Shown here in pieces: positions 1 to 13,289 of a stretch of 64,000 bases of DNA. The notes under the pieces are model-generated. The model ran no database searches. It worked only from the letters and a program-made list of their open reading frames with translations, and was not told where the DNA came from. The DNA is from Ramazzottius varieornatus (lineage: Eukaryota > Animalia > Tardigrada), in the NCBI GenBank assembly GCA_001949185.1, contig BDGG01000005.1, positions 1,229,249 to 1,293,248 on the forward strand, written 5' to 3'. Each line of letters opens with the position of its first letter. The first letter of the stretch is position 1. Both the position numbers and the translations under genes were made by a program.

Positions 1-9
1 GTTTTCCAG

Positions 10-3000
10 GAATATTTGGCGGCGAAGAGAAGCGAGCTGGAAGGTGACGTCTCGCAGTCGCTCTTCGAGAGCGCTGTCGACGACCTGATGGACTGGTGTG
101 ATGTGACGATGGCCACTTTGGACGAGCAACCCTACATTCCTGACCAGAAGTCAGCCAGCGAGCTCCGACAGCAACACTCGGCGGTCAGCGACGACATTCG
201 CTCCCACGATCCCGAGTTCGATAGCGTTGAAGAGCTGGGCAAGAAGTCGGTGAAAGCCAACCCGGCTTACGAACCGGAAGCCAAACAAATTTTCGAACAG
301 CTTCAGGTATACGCTAGTCACAATAATCTGTCCATTGCTACTTGACTTCATGTGTTCTGACGAGGTTTTTTTTCAGGCTTTGAGGAAAGAACTGAGCAGA
401 AAAGCAACCGAGAAAGAAAAGGCTCTCGAGTACGTAGAGTCGTTGCTCGAAACCAGCCGAAAAGTCAACCGAGCGCTTGACGAGATCCACCGTCTAGAGA
501 ACATCCTGGCCGAGCAACCAGAGGTTGGATCCAGTCATGCCGAAGTGGAAACTCTGCTTCGTCGTCATGAAGACCTCAACGCTGACTTGAACGCGACGGC
601 TCAACGTAACGCGAAGGTACTTGATGCCGGTCTGACTTTAATCAACGCTCCGCCGAACAACCACAACCTGATTCACAAGCCCCACGACAAAGTGTCGTCC
701 TCGCTGATCGAACTGCAAGAAGCTCTAGGCAGGTTCGCCGATCTTCATGGCCAAGCAGAGAAAAGAAAGGCGATGTTGGAAGACTCGCTGGGCTTTCAGT
801 CGTGGAAGGCCGATGTGGACGAGATCAACCACTGGATGGATGGGCTTCTACCGACGATGAACGCGGAGCCTTCGGAAGAAGAACTGAGCTCGGAAAAAGG
901 ATACCGAAAGCACGCCAAACAGGTACGTGGAAATTCTCATTTTAGCACTGCGGCACAGCCCTGACTGTATGATGGGTTGCGCAACAAGGCCGTGCCGTAA
1001 GTTTATCGAGTTGTTCGCAGGTCGCTGAAATCAACGCCAACACTGAGCTCATCAAAGAGCTTTCCAGTGATGGAAAAGCCATGATCGTCGCTCGGCACTT
1101 CGCTTCGCCGACGATCACGACCTCGTTGGAGCAGATGCTGACTTCGTGGACCGACTTGACGAACCTTGCGGAGCTGAGGAACCAGAAGTTCGAGCAGGCC
1201 GCCAAGGCTCGTGGCTTCTTCGGTAACGTCGACAAGGCCAATTCTCGACTAACGCAGATACAGCTGATGCTGGAGCAGAAGGACGGTATGGACGAGAATG
1301 CCGATCCGCGGAAACTGAGGAACGAGCTGAAGAACGCGGAATCGAACATCAAGCACGCTGAAGAGATGGTGGAGCTGGTCAAGAACGACGCAGAGTTCTT
1401 GGCAGCCAACAACCACTTCAACGGGCCGAAATTGCTGCAGAGAGCGAAAGAACTGGACGTCCAGCTGAAGAAGCTGCAAGAACCCGCCAAGGTTTGTATA
1501 TTCCTTTGAATTCCAAAAATCCGCACCTTTCTTTTTATCGGCGATCCTTTTCTCTCGGTAAAAGAAGCGTACTCTTTTGTACACCTGCGTACATGGCGCA
1601 TCGCATTCGCTGTGCTTCGCTAGCATGCAGGTTCATGTTATATGGCTGTGTTCTGTGTGATACCGACGAGCCGTGGTGTGGCAGTGGGTCTTGCACCTGC
1701 ATGCACTGAATGTCATAGAAGGGCGTCTATGTATGTGTGTGTGGCCTGGACAGCTTGTCGTTCGAATTTTTAATGTGGGTTGTTGTACAGCGTCGGTGGG
1801 CGGAGTTGGACGAAATTGTGAAGAAGACTCGTATTGTCAGCGACCTCGAGAGAGAACGTTCTTGGATCGAAGAGCGACTCGAAATCGTCTCCCGCTCAAA
1901 CGTCGGTAAGACACTGAACGAAAGCGCCTCCCTCCTCGCCAAACTCGATGGCCTTCAAGCTGAAGTCCAGGCACACGAACCAGCTTTCCAGCGAGTGTTG
2001 TTCGAGGGTCTCGAACTCTCTACTAAGTACCCCGAGAACACGGCCTACGCGAACCTGTGCAAGGACGTCAAGACGAAATGGCAAAGTCTGGTCAAGCAGC
2101 TGCCGGTCCGTAGAGCTGAGCTGGAGCTGGCCGAAAAGGGACATCGTTACTGGCTGGACTACACCGATTCGAGTGAATGGGTCGACCATCATCTTCACCA
2201 CCTGAAAGAGAACCCGGTCAGTGGAAAGGATGTCGAATCAGCGGCCAGACTGATCGAACAGACTTGTCAGTTGACGAGAGAACTGAAGAGCGAGAAGGAG
2301 CTTCTGGACGATATGGAGGATCAAGCGAAGGTCTTGGTCGAACAGGGACATCCGGAAGGGAAAGACATCGCAGAAGCTCAGAAGAGTCTTCGACTGCAGA
2401 TGAACGAGCTCGAACAAGTAAGGAAGTTGTGCAGACAAATTTGACTATGTCGTTTTGCAAGTGCCGCACTGTTACAGCCATACCAAAACATGCGCCACTT
2501 GATAGAATAATCTTGTTGCCAATAAGGTTGCTCCAAGTGGCGGGCCCTTCCAGTCATCAGCACTAAGTGCCTCCGTCACTTGGCAAAACGACCTTGTCTA
2601 GGATGTTTGACGAGCTCCCGAACATGAATATGATTTTCGGTTTCGAGTCAGTGTTCTTCTTGTTGTAGATGTTGCGTGAGCGAAGTCAGCAGTTGGGTAA
2701 CTCCAAGCTGGTCTTCGCCTTCCAAGATGATTGTGGTGATTTGGAGTCGTGGTTGCAAGATCAGAATCGCGTGGCGGAAAATACAGACTATGGTGTGGAT
2801 TCAGCGACTTTGGCCGTCACCAAAGCAGACTTTGCCAACTTTGACAAGAAAGTGAGTGAGAAGGGTCCGCGAAAGATTAAGCTGCTGGAGACCGAGGCCG
2901 GGGAAGTGGTTAAGAACGGCGCAGCTTCACCGGAAGATGTGGCGCCATTGGTGGCACACATTCATAACTTGTGGGCTGAACTAAAGACCTCCATCGAAAG

Positions 3001-6000
3001 ACGCGAACAAAGCTTGGACAAGATGGAGGACATCTTCGCGTTTAACGACAAAGTGGATGAATGCCGAGGAAGCATCCAGGATGCGTTGGCCATGTGCCAT
3101 GATCATGAAGGTAATATCCCCCAGATATTAAGAAGCGAAGTTTCTTCAATAAATGTATAACGGTAGAGTTGGAAGTGTTTTCACTCACCTGCATACTTGA
3201 GACTCTTTGGTTACAATGGTGTGGGAGTATGCAAGTGGTAAAAATGCTGGCGAGCACCGCAAATTCTCAAGAACGATGTGAAAGCCTAGTAAGTGGTTTT
3301 GTTTGAAGGAGGAGAACTAAAGGATGTGCTAATTCGGCTGAAGCGTCACGTCGAAGTCGAGAATGACGCCAGGCGGATCCAGCAAGATATCGACCAGCTC
3401 AAGGAAGACAGTATGGACTTGATTGAACGCTACCCAGGCAAAGACGCTGAGAACGTGTCTCGAAAGCGCGCAGCTCTCGTTGAGGACTGGGATGGTCTGA
3501 AAAAGGCTTTGGTCAGACGAAGAAGCGAGCTGGAAAGCCTGGCTTCCACTCACCGATGGCTGAACAGCGCCAAAGAACTGCAGAAGTGGGGCGACAATCT
3601 GCTCGCCCGTATGATCGGTGAGAACTTGATTTTATGTCTGTTATTGACACCTGGAGGGAAAGGGAGATTTTTCAGTGTCTCTGATTGCAACTCGAATTTG
3701 AACTTGAGATGCAGTCAATTTCTTAGGCGATCATCCAGAAAGTATCTCAATCGACGTTCAAGTTCAAGATCACAACGACATGCGCGCTGAAATTGTGGCC
3801 AAGTATCCAGAGTTTGAACAGCTGCTCAAGACTCCGCCTTCAGCGTTGCCGGAACAGGTGGCTGAACGAGCCCAAGCTGTTGAAAGTCTTCGTCAGCGGC
3901 TACCAGCGGCTTGGGAAGAGCGCAAGGTGTCGCTGGATGAAACCTTCCACGTCAGGAAGTTTCTGCGAGACTTGGACCAGATTGACGCGACAAGTGCTAC
4001 GCAGGGTGCCTACTTGGACACCAAAGAGCCGTCGGATTTGACGGGAGACCAGATCCGCAAGTTAATCTCCAACCACTCGGCTTTCGAGAAAGTGGTGGCA
4101 CAACAAGCAGAGAAGCTGAAGAACTTGGAGAACCAGGCGGAGTTCTTGGTTCAGGAACATAAAATCGACCCACACCAAATCACACCCAAACTTCAGGTAA
4201 GGAACTCTCCAGCTTTGATACGTGAAAATATGCGTGGAACATAAAGCGAGAAGCTGGGGAATGAAATGGAAGATCTACCAGGCACCTGCAAACCTATAGT
4301 GGCTAAATTGTGATGGAAACATGTATGCATGTGTATGGTGGAACTGTATATCATGTACCTCGCTACATCCGCTGCAGCATTTCAATGCTCATGCATATGC
4401 AGGTGAACGGAAACCTGTTGACGTTGTTTGTCTAGCGCAAGAAGAAAGTTTCCCTAGAAAGTTTTTCCTGATCCTCATGGCTTTCTGTTCTCTTAATGTT
4501 AGGAGGTGTCCGCGAGAAGGAAGCGAATCGGTGAGATGACAGCTCGTCGAACGCAGTACCTGCAAGACATGCTGGCGTACTCAGAGTTCGTCGGCATTGC
4601 TGAAGATATGGAAGCTTGGATGGAAGAGAAGGCAACTTTGCTGAAGACCACCCCAGCTGACGAGTTGGGTTTCGAAGAGAAGCTGAAAGAGTACCTGAAG
4701 CACCACACATTCGAAGCTGAAGTGAAGAGCTTCACCGACCGCGCTCAAGCCATGGTCCAGAAAGGCCACTCGGAGAGCCCGGCCGTCAAGGCCCGAACGG
4801 AAAGCATCAACGAAGAGTGGGTCAACCTACGCGAAGCTATGCGAACTCGCCGCGAGGTAATTTTTGGTCCTTGAAAATAACGCTAGTTTTCAGGAGTCGC
4901 AACTTGAGAGTTCGGCAGGCAAAGTCGACTAGACCGTTCTCCCAAGTGGCGCACTCTTCAGCTAATCGAAGATGTGCGCCACTTGGTAGAACAATCTTGT
5001 CGAGTTCGTTAGGTTACGAGGAAAAAAGTTCGAGTATTATTTCTTTTGTTTCTAGCGTTAGAAACCTCTGAAAATATTAGACAAGTTAAAATAGGGCCGT
5101 ACGTCAGAAAATAATTTTTGATTTCTTTATTGTAGGCTTTGTTGGGCGCGAAACTGATCAACGCCTTTATTCGAGACTGCGAAGAAGCCATCAGTTTCCT
5201 TCATGGACAAGAAGCCATCGCTTACGACGAAGACCTCGGCCAAGATTCTGAAAGTGTCCAAGCTCTGATCCATCGCCATGAGAAGTTCCAGCGGACTTTG
5301 GCGCCGTTCGGTCAGCGCATTCAACACATCAAGGAAGAGTCCACCAAGCTCTTGCACTCCTACCCCGCTTCGCATGCGCGCATTGAGAAGAAGCGCGATG
5401 AAGTCCTGGTCATGTGGAATGAGCTTGTCCAGCGTACGGAAATCCGAACAAGCCGCTTGATGGTGTCTAGTAGGTTGCAGAACTATCTGGATAAGTACAA
5501 TGAGTTTAGTGACTGGATCACTGCCACGCTGACGGCCATCACGGCTAATGACTTGCCACAGGAAGTCCACCGAGCTGAAGCCGTCATTGCAAGGTATTTT
5601 CATTCTTTTGTATCCTATCAAGAGACTGTATTACAAATGAAAACATTTTGGAACCTGGGAAACGAACAGAACAATATTATTTTCCCAAGTGGCGCACGTC
5701 AATAGTGTTGTTGGTCGGTACGTGCGCCACGTGGGGAAATAATGTTGCCAAGTTCACCGAGCTCTCACTGAATATTTTGTTTTAACTTTTAGGCACAAGA
5801 AGTACGAGATGGAGATTGCCGGACGTCGTGAAGAGTTCTTAGCGATCTGCAAAGAGGGAAGACTGATCGTGACCGAGTGTTCGGACATGGCTGGTGGTGT
5901 GGCCGACAAGGTGAAGAGTTTGGAAGAAGGGTATACGACATTGATCGACGTGTGGAAACGACGCAGCGAGTTGTACGTACTCAACTTGGATATCCAGGTG

Positions 6001-8058
6001 CGACAAGTCTTTGTTTTCCTTTCGTCCATGTCAGTCATCCTGATGGTGAACTTCGATGGTTTCAGATTTTTATTCGTGACTGCAACTTGTTCACCTCGTG
6101 GATGCACAGCCAAGAACCCATTCTCCACGATGACGACTTGGGCGACTCCATCCAACGTGTCGAAGAGCTCATCCGCAAACATGATGACTTCCAAAAGAAT
6201 GTCGAAAACCAGGAAGAAAGGCTGGCTCTGGTCAAACGCCTGACTGAGGTAGACACATACACATTGCGAACAAACAGGACAAGATCACTTTACCACGTGG
6301 CGCACGTTCTCAGTGTTGTTGGCCGAAGCAGTGCGCTGCTTGGTAGACGATCTTGTCCAGTTTGCTTGCTCAGACTTCAACCAGAAGTTTGTAGGAATGT
6401 AAACATTATCCCTTTGAATTTGCAGTTAGAGAAGTTGTTCATGGCACAAGCAGCTCGCGAACAGCAGGCGCACGAAGCGGACAAGCAGCGTCAGCAGATG
6501 TCCACCAACCGAGCGACCAGTGCTTCCTCAGCTACAACAGTTCCTATCGTTGCACCTTTCCGCGGTGAGTTCACCGCTATCGAAGTGGTGGACTCCCGAA
6601 CTACGCCCACTAAGCTCCATGCCACCTTGAGCGCCGACAAGACACCACCGGTCGAAATGGAAAGCGAACTGGAACGAAAGCAAGAACTGGACGCCGGTGG
6701 ATCCAAGCACAGTCAGCGATCGTGGAGAACCTTCCACACCGTTCTCATTGGTCAGTTGCTGTGCTTCTACAAGAAGAAGATGCCGTCGTACGAGTACGGA
6801 AGGCACGCGGCCTCGACTCCGTTGAATTTGTACCGCTGCGAAATCCGACCGGTAGGCAACATGTGGCACGGCCTTGTGCTATCTCTTAGCATGGCCCTGT
6901 TTGTAGAATTGTTTTGTCTTTTCTTTGCTCTGTTTTCAGACGTAAAGCTGAAGCACTGTCATTCAACGGTTGATTTACTTTTCAGGCTCTCGACTACACC
7001 AAAAAAGACCACGTTTTCCGCATTCGTCTTGAAGATAAGTCCGAGTACCTCTTCGCTGCGGAAACTGACGAAGTGATGAACGAATGGATCAAACGTGTCA
7101 ACTTCCACGCGGCTCTGCCACCGCACCAGCAGCTGATCAGCTACGAGCAAGGCCAGCAGATGACCAGAGAGGGAAGCATGAACGGCCATAATGGGGCTCA
7201 TGCCAGCGAATTCGCGGAAGAGAGCGAGGACTCAAACCAGACTGCTCGAGTTCTTCCTCGCTCACCTGTATCCAACGGCAACTCTGAGCATGTCGCGCCG
7301 GTGCCTCGACCTCGAAGCAGCCACATGAACGTCAGTCCGGAACGAATCTACCCGGAACGTCATGTCTTCTCGCTGTCGTCGGAAGTTCTCACTGAAGGAA
7401 ATTCTGATACTAACTCAGGTTCGTTCTCGTCTGACACTTCCTTTATCGTACCTTCTCTCTGGTAAAATATGAGAGCTTCTTCTTCTTCTTGCAGAACCAG
7501 TCGTCGTTGTGCAGAAGCGATCGTCAATGATACATACTCGGAATACCGGAAAACGAAGCGAGTCGTTCGGAGGAGAAATTGACGGTAACAGCGCTGCGAA
7601 ATTCAGAGTCTGAGCTTCGGCACAGCCTTGAGTTTTGTACTCAAGGCTGTGCTGAAAGACCGCCATACGAGACGTATAAGATCCTAAGTCACGCAGGTTT
7701 TTAGCCCGCCGTGTGCCACTGGAAAAACGCCCCTCTACGTTTCGTTTGCCACGTTGACTTATGTTAGAGCTCATATTTAGATCTTTCTTTGGTTCTAGAT
7801 TATTCGGAACGGGGTGTGGACGTGGATTACATGGATCGACCACGCACAACGTCGAGTCTTGCCATTCAGGACAGTCGCGGTAACGGTCGCAGTGGCTATC
7901 GTGGTGCCACTTTGCCAGCAGCCTCCAGCTTTGGACAGCATTCCCCGGACGGACCTTCCTCGTCGCTGGAAGGCAAGAAAAGTCTGGACGGCAAGAAGTC
8001 CGGCAGCCGTCTGTCCATTCCCAACATCTTCAAGCGCAAAGAGAAAGAGAAGGCGTGA
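10..8058 (+). CDS. kst: Beta-heavy spectrin (karst/sma-1/SPTBN5-like), 3' part, multi-exon; 5' end outside window
   Basis: Successive exons encode spectrin repeats (e.g. FQDDCGDLESWLQDQ, DLGQDSESVQALIHRHEKF, DLGDSIQRVEELIRKHDDF), then a PH domain (LERKQE..RSWRTFHTVL..CFYK; DYTKKDHVF..EYLF..EWIKRVNFHAALPP), a tail typical of beta-H spectrins. GT-AG introns e.g. 307-376, 923-1020, 2418-2668, 5594-5792, 6249-6425. Stop TGA at 8056-8058. Confidence 0.88.
2435..2625. repeat. Intronic palindrome family A, double copy (spectrin)
   Basis: CAAGTGCCGCAC..GCGCCACTTG and CAAGTGGCGG..CGTCACTTGG; outer arms GTCGTTTTGC / GCAAAACGAC. Confidence 0.8.
4912..5012. repeat. Intronic palindrome family A (spectrin)
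   Basis: CCAAGTGGCGCAC(4942)-N19-GTGCGCCACTTGG. Confidence 0.85.
5657..5765. repeat. Intronic palindrome family A (spectrin)
   Basis: ATTATTTTCCCAAGTGGCGCACG..CGTGCGCCACGTGGGGAAATAAT. Confidence 0.85.
6266..6372. repeat. Intronic palindrome family A (spectrin)
   Basis: GGACAAGATC..CCACGTGGCGCAC..GTGCGCTGCTTGG..GATCTTGTCC. Confidence 0.85.
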
Positions 8059-8573
8059 TTCTTCCAACTTCCTTTGATAACTAAATATTACATGACTGTA
8101 ATTTGCCTTTCATTCTGTGGGATGGTGAATGTTGAATTTGTTTGTTAATCCTCTGGATTATCGAGAGTCGTAATTCGTGTAGAGCTTTGATGGTATTTCG
8201 GTCTTCCGGGAAAAGTGCGGTACCCAGCCGTACAAAATCCAATGTTCCTTCAAGTGATGTTTCCCATATTCCAATACGTTATTCACCCAAAGCCGATTCT
8301 TTATTACGATGCAGTGTATTATTCTTATTAACCCCAAAACTCCCGTCTTGTTTTTACCATTACTGATGAGTAAACGGACAACACTTTAAAACTGATTACC
8401 GTCAAATTCAGCGAAGAACGTTCATAACGGTACTCTAAAGAAATATTGGTTCGTCCCAACAGACGCGCTCATTCATAAAAAGGAGAAACAGCTAACAACA
8501 CACGCATAAATAACAAGAAAGATAACTGATACGGAAATGTACGATTTCTCGATAGCTTCGAAACGAAGAAAAA

Positions 8574-9488
8574 CTAGTATCGTCGATAGTCTCGATCGCC
8601 TCCACCGCCACGATGTCCTCCTCCAAAGTCACGGTTGAAGTTTCCTCCACCGCCTCGACCGCGCCTTCGGTCTCCGAAATCCTCTGTCTGCCTAAGACGA
8701 CGGCTTTTGGGACTGGGAGATCGGGATCGTCCGCGATGGCCACCGAAAGCAGCTCCAGGACGGCGCTTATACAACCGACTAGAAAAATAAACCAGCAATG
8801 AGGCCAAATCAACAATCAATCGTACATTCATGGAGTAATTTTACCAACCTGCGAAGCTCTCGGCTGATGGGTTTCAAGTGCATGAAATTGCAGAATCCAC
8901 CTCGAGTACATTCCCCCATTTCGTACTGACGACAGCAAGCTTCACGGAAGTCTGTTACGGGAGACAGCTCGGCATAGATGGGCCGCCCGTTGAACCAGCG
9001 ATTGTTCAACTCGTTTACTGCTCTTTCTGCGTCTTCTTCTCGACGGAACTATGAAACAAAACAGCAAGAGTTAGCCCAGTGGTCTTCTTCAACCTCCGTA
9101 GTAAGAAAAGCCTGAAGGACTTGGCAAGTGGTCTTACCTTGATGTAAACATTTCCAACAAGATGGTCGCCCAAGTTGTCGCAAATGTTCATTTCTTCAAT
9201 TTCGCCATACCGATCTTCCACCTCAGTGAACACCTCTTCGAAGAAATCATCGAAGTGCTGCTGTAGCTCCGTCTCGGAGATGTTCCCCAGATGAGATCCG
9301 TCGGCTGTCTGAGCGCTATTTTGAGGATTTTGGTAGATATTCAACAACACAATGGTCTGGGAGAAGGTGGGCTTGTTGTGGATGCGCGAACAGCGTTCAC
9401 CGTGTCGGCAGGCTCCGATTTTGAAGTAGAACGAACAGTTTACCTTATCCTTCTCTGTGCCGAAGATCGACGCTAGATATTCAGCCAT
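8574..9488 (-). CDS. U2AF1: Splicing factor U2AF small subunit (U2AF35), 3 coding exons
   Basis: [30 protein letters not shown] (CCCH finger 1), UHM ([18 protein letters not shown]; [26 protein letters not shown]), CCCH finger 2 ([11 protein letters not shown]), RS/RG tail. Confidence 0.97.
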
Positions 9489-10456
9489 CCTGAAAACATA
9501 GATTCTGTCACAGAACTCGCCAGTTACAACGGAATTACAACCGGGCCGCACCAGTTCCATTCGACAGCCTTACCTGTGGACTTGGCTACCAGTAGAACTC
9601 GGCTTCGCGTCCTGAGATGCCTTTCGGGCGAAGCTGATGATACGGGATGCCTACTTCTACCTCTGGGGAGTTCGGAATTCTGATCTGTGAACTAGAGAGT
9701 AAACCCAGCAAAAGGTCTGAGAGTGCGAATTGAGAAAACTCAGAAAAGTGAGGAACACAAATCTTTCTCAGACTCCAACAGCGACTTGATTGCGCAGTTA
9801 AGTTTGATTGGTTGGTTGACTTGGTTCGTTCACTCGTTGGCACGAATCACCATGTGGCATGCCAAAACCTGTCTCGCGACCTCTTGCAATCCATGGTTCT
9901 CGCCTCCGCGGGAGAACCATTAATATCCCTATCGTTACCAAATGCCCACGACTTTGACACCCGGATCCTTCGAAAAACTACTTTCAAGCTGGAAGAGCAG
10001 AAGCTTGTGTTAGTCTACAGCATTATCGCTTTGTCCGAAGGGAGCATGTGCAGCGCCACCTCACGCGAAGACACGACGACCCAAGTCAACTTAGTGCGAT
10101 TCACGTCAGGAGGCATCCTGTCGAGCTCAGCGCTGATTAATCGGTACTCGGTACTCGGTATTCTTTATACGTTAGGGACTTGCTGACGAGGTAAACCCAC
10201 CGTATTGCCGTTTATTGAACAGTATTGGGATAGTAACAGCTCCGTCGCTTCAGGGACAAACAGAGGTTTCAGTGCCACTGTGCATGAACATTGATTATGA
10301 TTGTGACTTCTCTTCAGTCACAACGACCGAAGAGAAGTCACAAAATCACTGATGTGCTACTAAGCTTCGTGTTGCTGGAGAGCAAAACGCAGTATCAAGC
10401 CCTTGATTGACTTCGTCCAGGTGCAAAGGGGGCTAATATTAGCAATGACGTAACCC

Positions 10457-11405
10457 ATGATCGACGTGAATTTGGCATCGATCCACTCCGTACATCAACT
10501 GGTGCTCGACATCCTTCCTGAAGCTGATTTGGACAGTGAAGTGAACCTCGCCGTTTCCAAGTGGAGCCTTCTCACCACAGCCTTCTATACTTCGGATACC
10601 CATAAAGCAAGACTCATTGCAGTTTCAGCCAGCAACTCTGGTTCCTGGCTTCACGCGCTGCCCTCTTCCTCGCTGGGTAACCTGCTGGATAATAACTCCC
10701 TTCGTATCAGCGTTGGTCTCCGGTTGGGCGCCAAGCTGTGCCGTGCTCACAAGTGTCGCTTCGGAGCTATACGGTCAGCACGGTTTGAGCTGCAAGTTTA
10801 GTGGTGGTCGTTACAGCCGACACAGCGCACTAAATGAGTCGCTTGAACGTGCTTTGACATCAGCCCAGATCCCTGCCATCTCCAAACCTCCAGGGGGCTT
10901 CCGGAAGAACAAGATACGTCCAGACGGCATGACGCAGTTCCTTGGAAGAACGGTGAGTAGCTCGTCTGGGACGTCACAGTGGTCGATACCTTGGCCCTGA
11001 CCAACTTCGCCATGTCAACTGTGGAAGCCGGATCAGCTGCTGATGCTGCCGAAAAGAGAGATTTCCAAGTATCGAGACATCGAAAGTCAGTTTCTGTTGT
11101 TGTCTGGAGACCCTTGGACCATGGAAACTTGCGCGACGGAGCTGTTTGAGGCCATCGGAAAAAAGATGGTGGAAGTGACGGGCGAGTCAAGGTCCTTTTC
11201 TTTCTTTAAGCAGAGAGTGTCAATGGATATACAGCGTGAGAATTCTGATTCTGTTCTGTTCACCTTACAGGATATCAAGGGTCTTGAGTTGTTTTCCGTT
11301 TTAGATGTAAAGAAGGGAAAGTCTGTCCATGTGTAGTCGTTTTTTGTTTCGCTATCTTCTCGCTTTTTGAGATTAGGATATCGCCTTTCTAATAAAGATA
11401 TTCTT
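10457..11405 (+). mobile_element. 5'-truncated, frameshifted non-LTR retrotransposon with restriction-like endonuclease (CRE-like)
   Basis: Pieces across frames: SGSWLHALP..LRLG, C-X-C..HGLSC, RHSALN, RPDG, LVWDVTVVDT..., FKQRVSMDIQREN. Frameshifts and an in-frame TAG. 3' UTR ends with AATAAA. Confidence 0.8.
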
Positions 11406-11493
11406 ACTTGGCTAAACACTCAAACAAGTCAATCTACCACCCAATAGCTTTTGGTCCGAGATACAACATGCTGATGGTCGATTGATTCATTAA

Positions 11494-11903
11494 TGGCTTA
11501 CAAAGACTAAGCTGGCTTGGTGGTGTAATTGCACCAACTACTTTGGTGGATACGCACAGAAATTTTTTGACCAGTTAGGAAAGCGGTGTAACGGCTGGCT
11601 TTGATAGCCCCGCACTGCAGGTAAGTACGATCGGAGGATTATGAGATCTTTGCTGTCGGAGGAACCACCATACAGTCACCAGTAGGACGGGTAGCGAGAA
11701 ACTTTGTCATAGAAGTGGCATTTGAAAGTTTGAAGGGGAGCACAGCGCATTCGGGATGTTGGTTAAGTCTGGTGTAATTACGGTCGTTCCGGAACGACTC
11801 GTAATTACACCGAAAGTGTAATGTCTGGTGGAACAAATAGGCCAATCGTGAGGGTGTGGGTGGAGCCAATTAAACCAGCGGTGTAATCTATCTTTGTAAG
11901 CCC
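11494..11903. mobile_element. MITE, probably PIF/Harbinger (Tourist-like)
   Basis: TIR GGCTTACAAAGA...TCTTTGTAAGCC, flanked by TAA (left) and TTA (right). Internal GGTGTAA repeats; non-coding. Confidence 0.6.
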
Positions 11904-11985
11904 TTATTGTTTGTCTTGTCTCGCAGTCCGAAAACGCAACAGTTTTAGGTTCGATACGATGGCATTCAGGTCACGAGTCGTCGCT

Positions 11986-12293
11986 ACTATAGAAAGCTCG
12001 ACGAAGCTAAAATAAGCCGCTTTAGCCGTTCTTAGCCGTGGCTAAAAATATTATAAAAATATAAAGCAGCTAAAATACTTTTATCCACGGCTAAATTGTA
12101 TTGTGCGTTCGATTGATTTATTGATGTTGAGTCGGCTAAAATAGTTTTTGCATCAATAAATCAATCGGAAGCACAATACATTTTAGCCGTGGATAAAAGT
12201 ATTTCAGCTGCTTTAGCCGCGGCTAAGATATTTTTAGCCATGGCTAAGAACGACTAAAATGGCTTATTTTAGCTTCGCCGAGTCTTCTATAGT
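11986..12293. repeat. About 300-bp foldback palindrome (MITE-like)
   Basis: ACTATAGAAAGCTCGACGAAGCTAAAATAAGCC... mirrored by ...GGCTTATTTTAGCTTCGCCGAGTCTTCTATAGT. Arms pair nearly to the centre (about 12135) and contain repeated TTAGCC/GGCTAA. Confidence 0.85.
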
Positions 12294-12479
12294 CGCCACG
12301 ACATTTTTATGGCCTGACGTTTCAGTTATTGCGCGTTCTGGCTCACCAATACTCAGATAGGCACGAAGTCAACTTCGCCCACGGTGACAGGCTGATGAAA
12401 GTTGAGGGGACCGGCCAGAACATGCGGATAAGAATCCAGTTAAAGATCTTCATGATGTCTCCTATGTCGGTGGCGCCCC

Positions 12480-12798
12480 CTTCCTGCAAGATGCTTGACT
12501 CGACCGTTAGCTCTTTTGCTTACATCGCAGAAGCTTTTCTGGAAGATCCCCTTTTTACTCCATCTTCTGTGGATTTGAGTAGTCTATGTAGCTTCAAACG
12601 ATATCTTGATGGTCTGAATTTTTCGAATTCTAATTGGTGCAAAAAGAATGTCGATGGGCACTTGTTAACTTGAATCAACTTGTTTTTTATGTTTGCCTTT
12701 GCATCCCTTTTTCTCCGGCGCTCTTGCCACTATTTTTCAAATTTGATCCGCAAGCGCGAAGCCTGGCTTTGCATTGGACAAATAAAGGTTATTATTAT
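12480..12798 (+). mobile_element. Possible 3' end of a CR1/L2-type LINE
   Basis: Peptide ...SSLCSFKRYLD resembles LINE ORF2 C-termini, followed by AATAAA and a short (TTA)n tail. Confidence 0.35.
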
Positions 12799-13289
12799 AA
12801 GTTTAGCAGCACTACACTGGTCACAATCTCAATTCACCCAAAACCAACTAGCTTTGGTCTGTCTTCGTCTTCTGATCCGGTTCTCAAGTGCATGGAGACT
12901 ATACCTATGGTCAGTTTTGACACCAGCTACGGGAAAGGTGCAGAGAGCCCGAGGGACGAAAAGCATAGATAGAAAACAGATTATCGATCGCAGGGCACGA
13001 GCAATATTCTGTTTGCGCTACAAAGGATCTTGTACTTTTGTTTGCCACCCTCTCCTTTATCGCGCTTGGTCTTAATTTTATGATTATCAGTAGTTTGCCC
13101 TTACAGGAGTTCCCGCCTTGCTGCTGGAATTCTGCGAATACAGTATGTGTGTTTGGAGCATGACTGCAATGAAAGACTGCAAGGACAAGTTCGAAAACCG
13201 AAAGTATGCATGGAAAGTAGACAGGTAGATATGGATTGGAAAGTAGTCATGGAGGGAGCCATGGAAAGGACAGACAATGCTTTGGAATC

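Noticed and set aside
5877-7076. 399-aa ORF as a standalone gene
   Set aside because: Spectrin exons joined by in-frame intron read-through.
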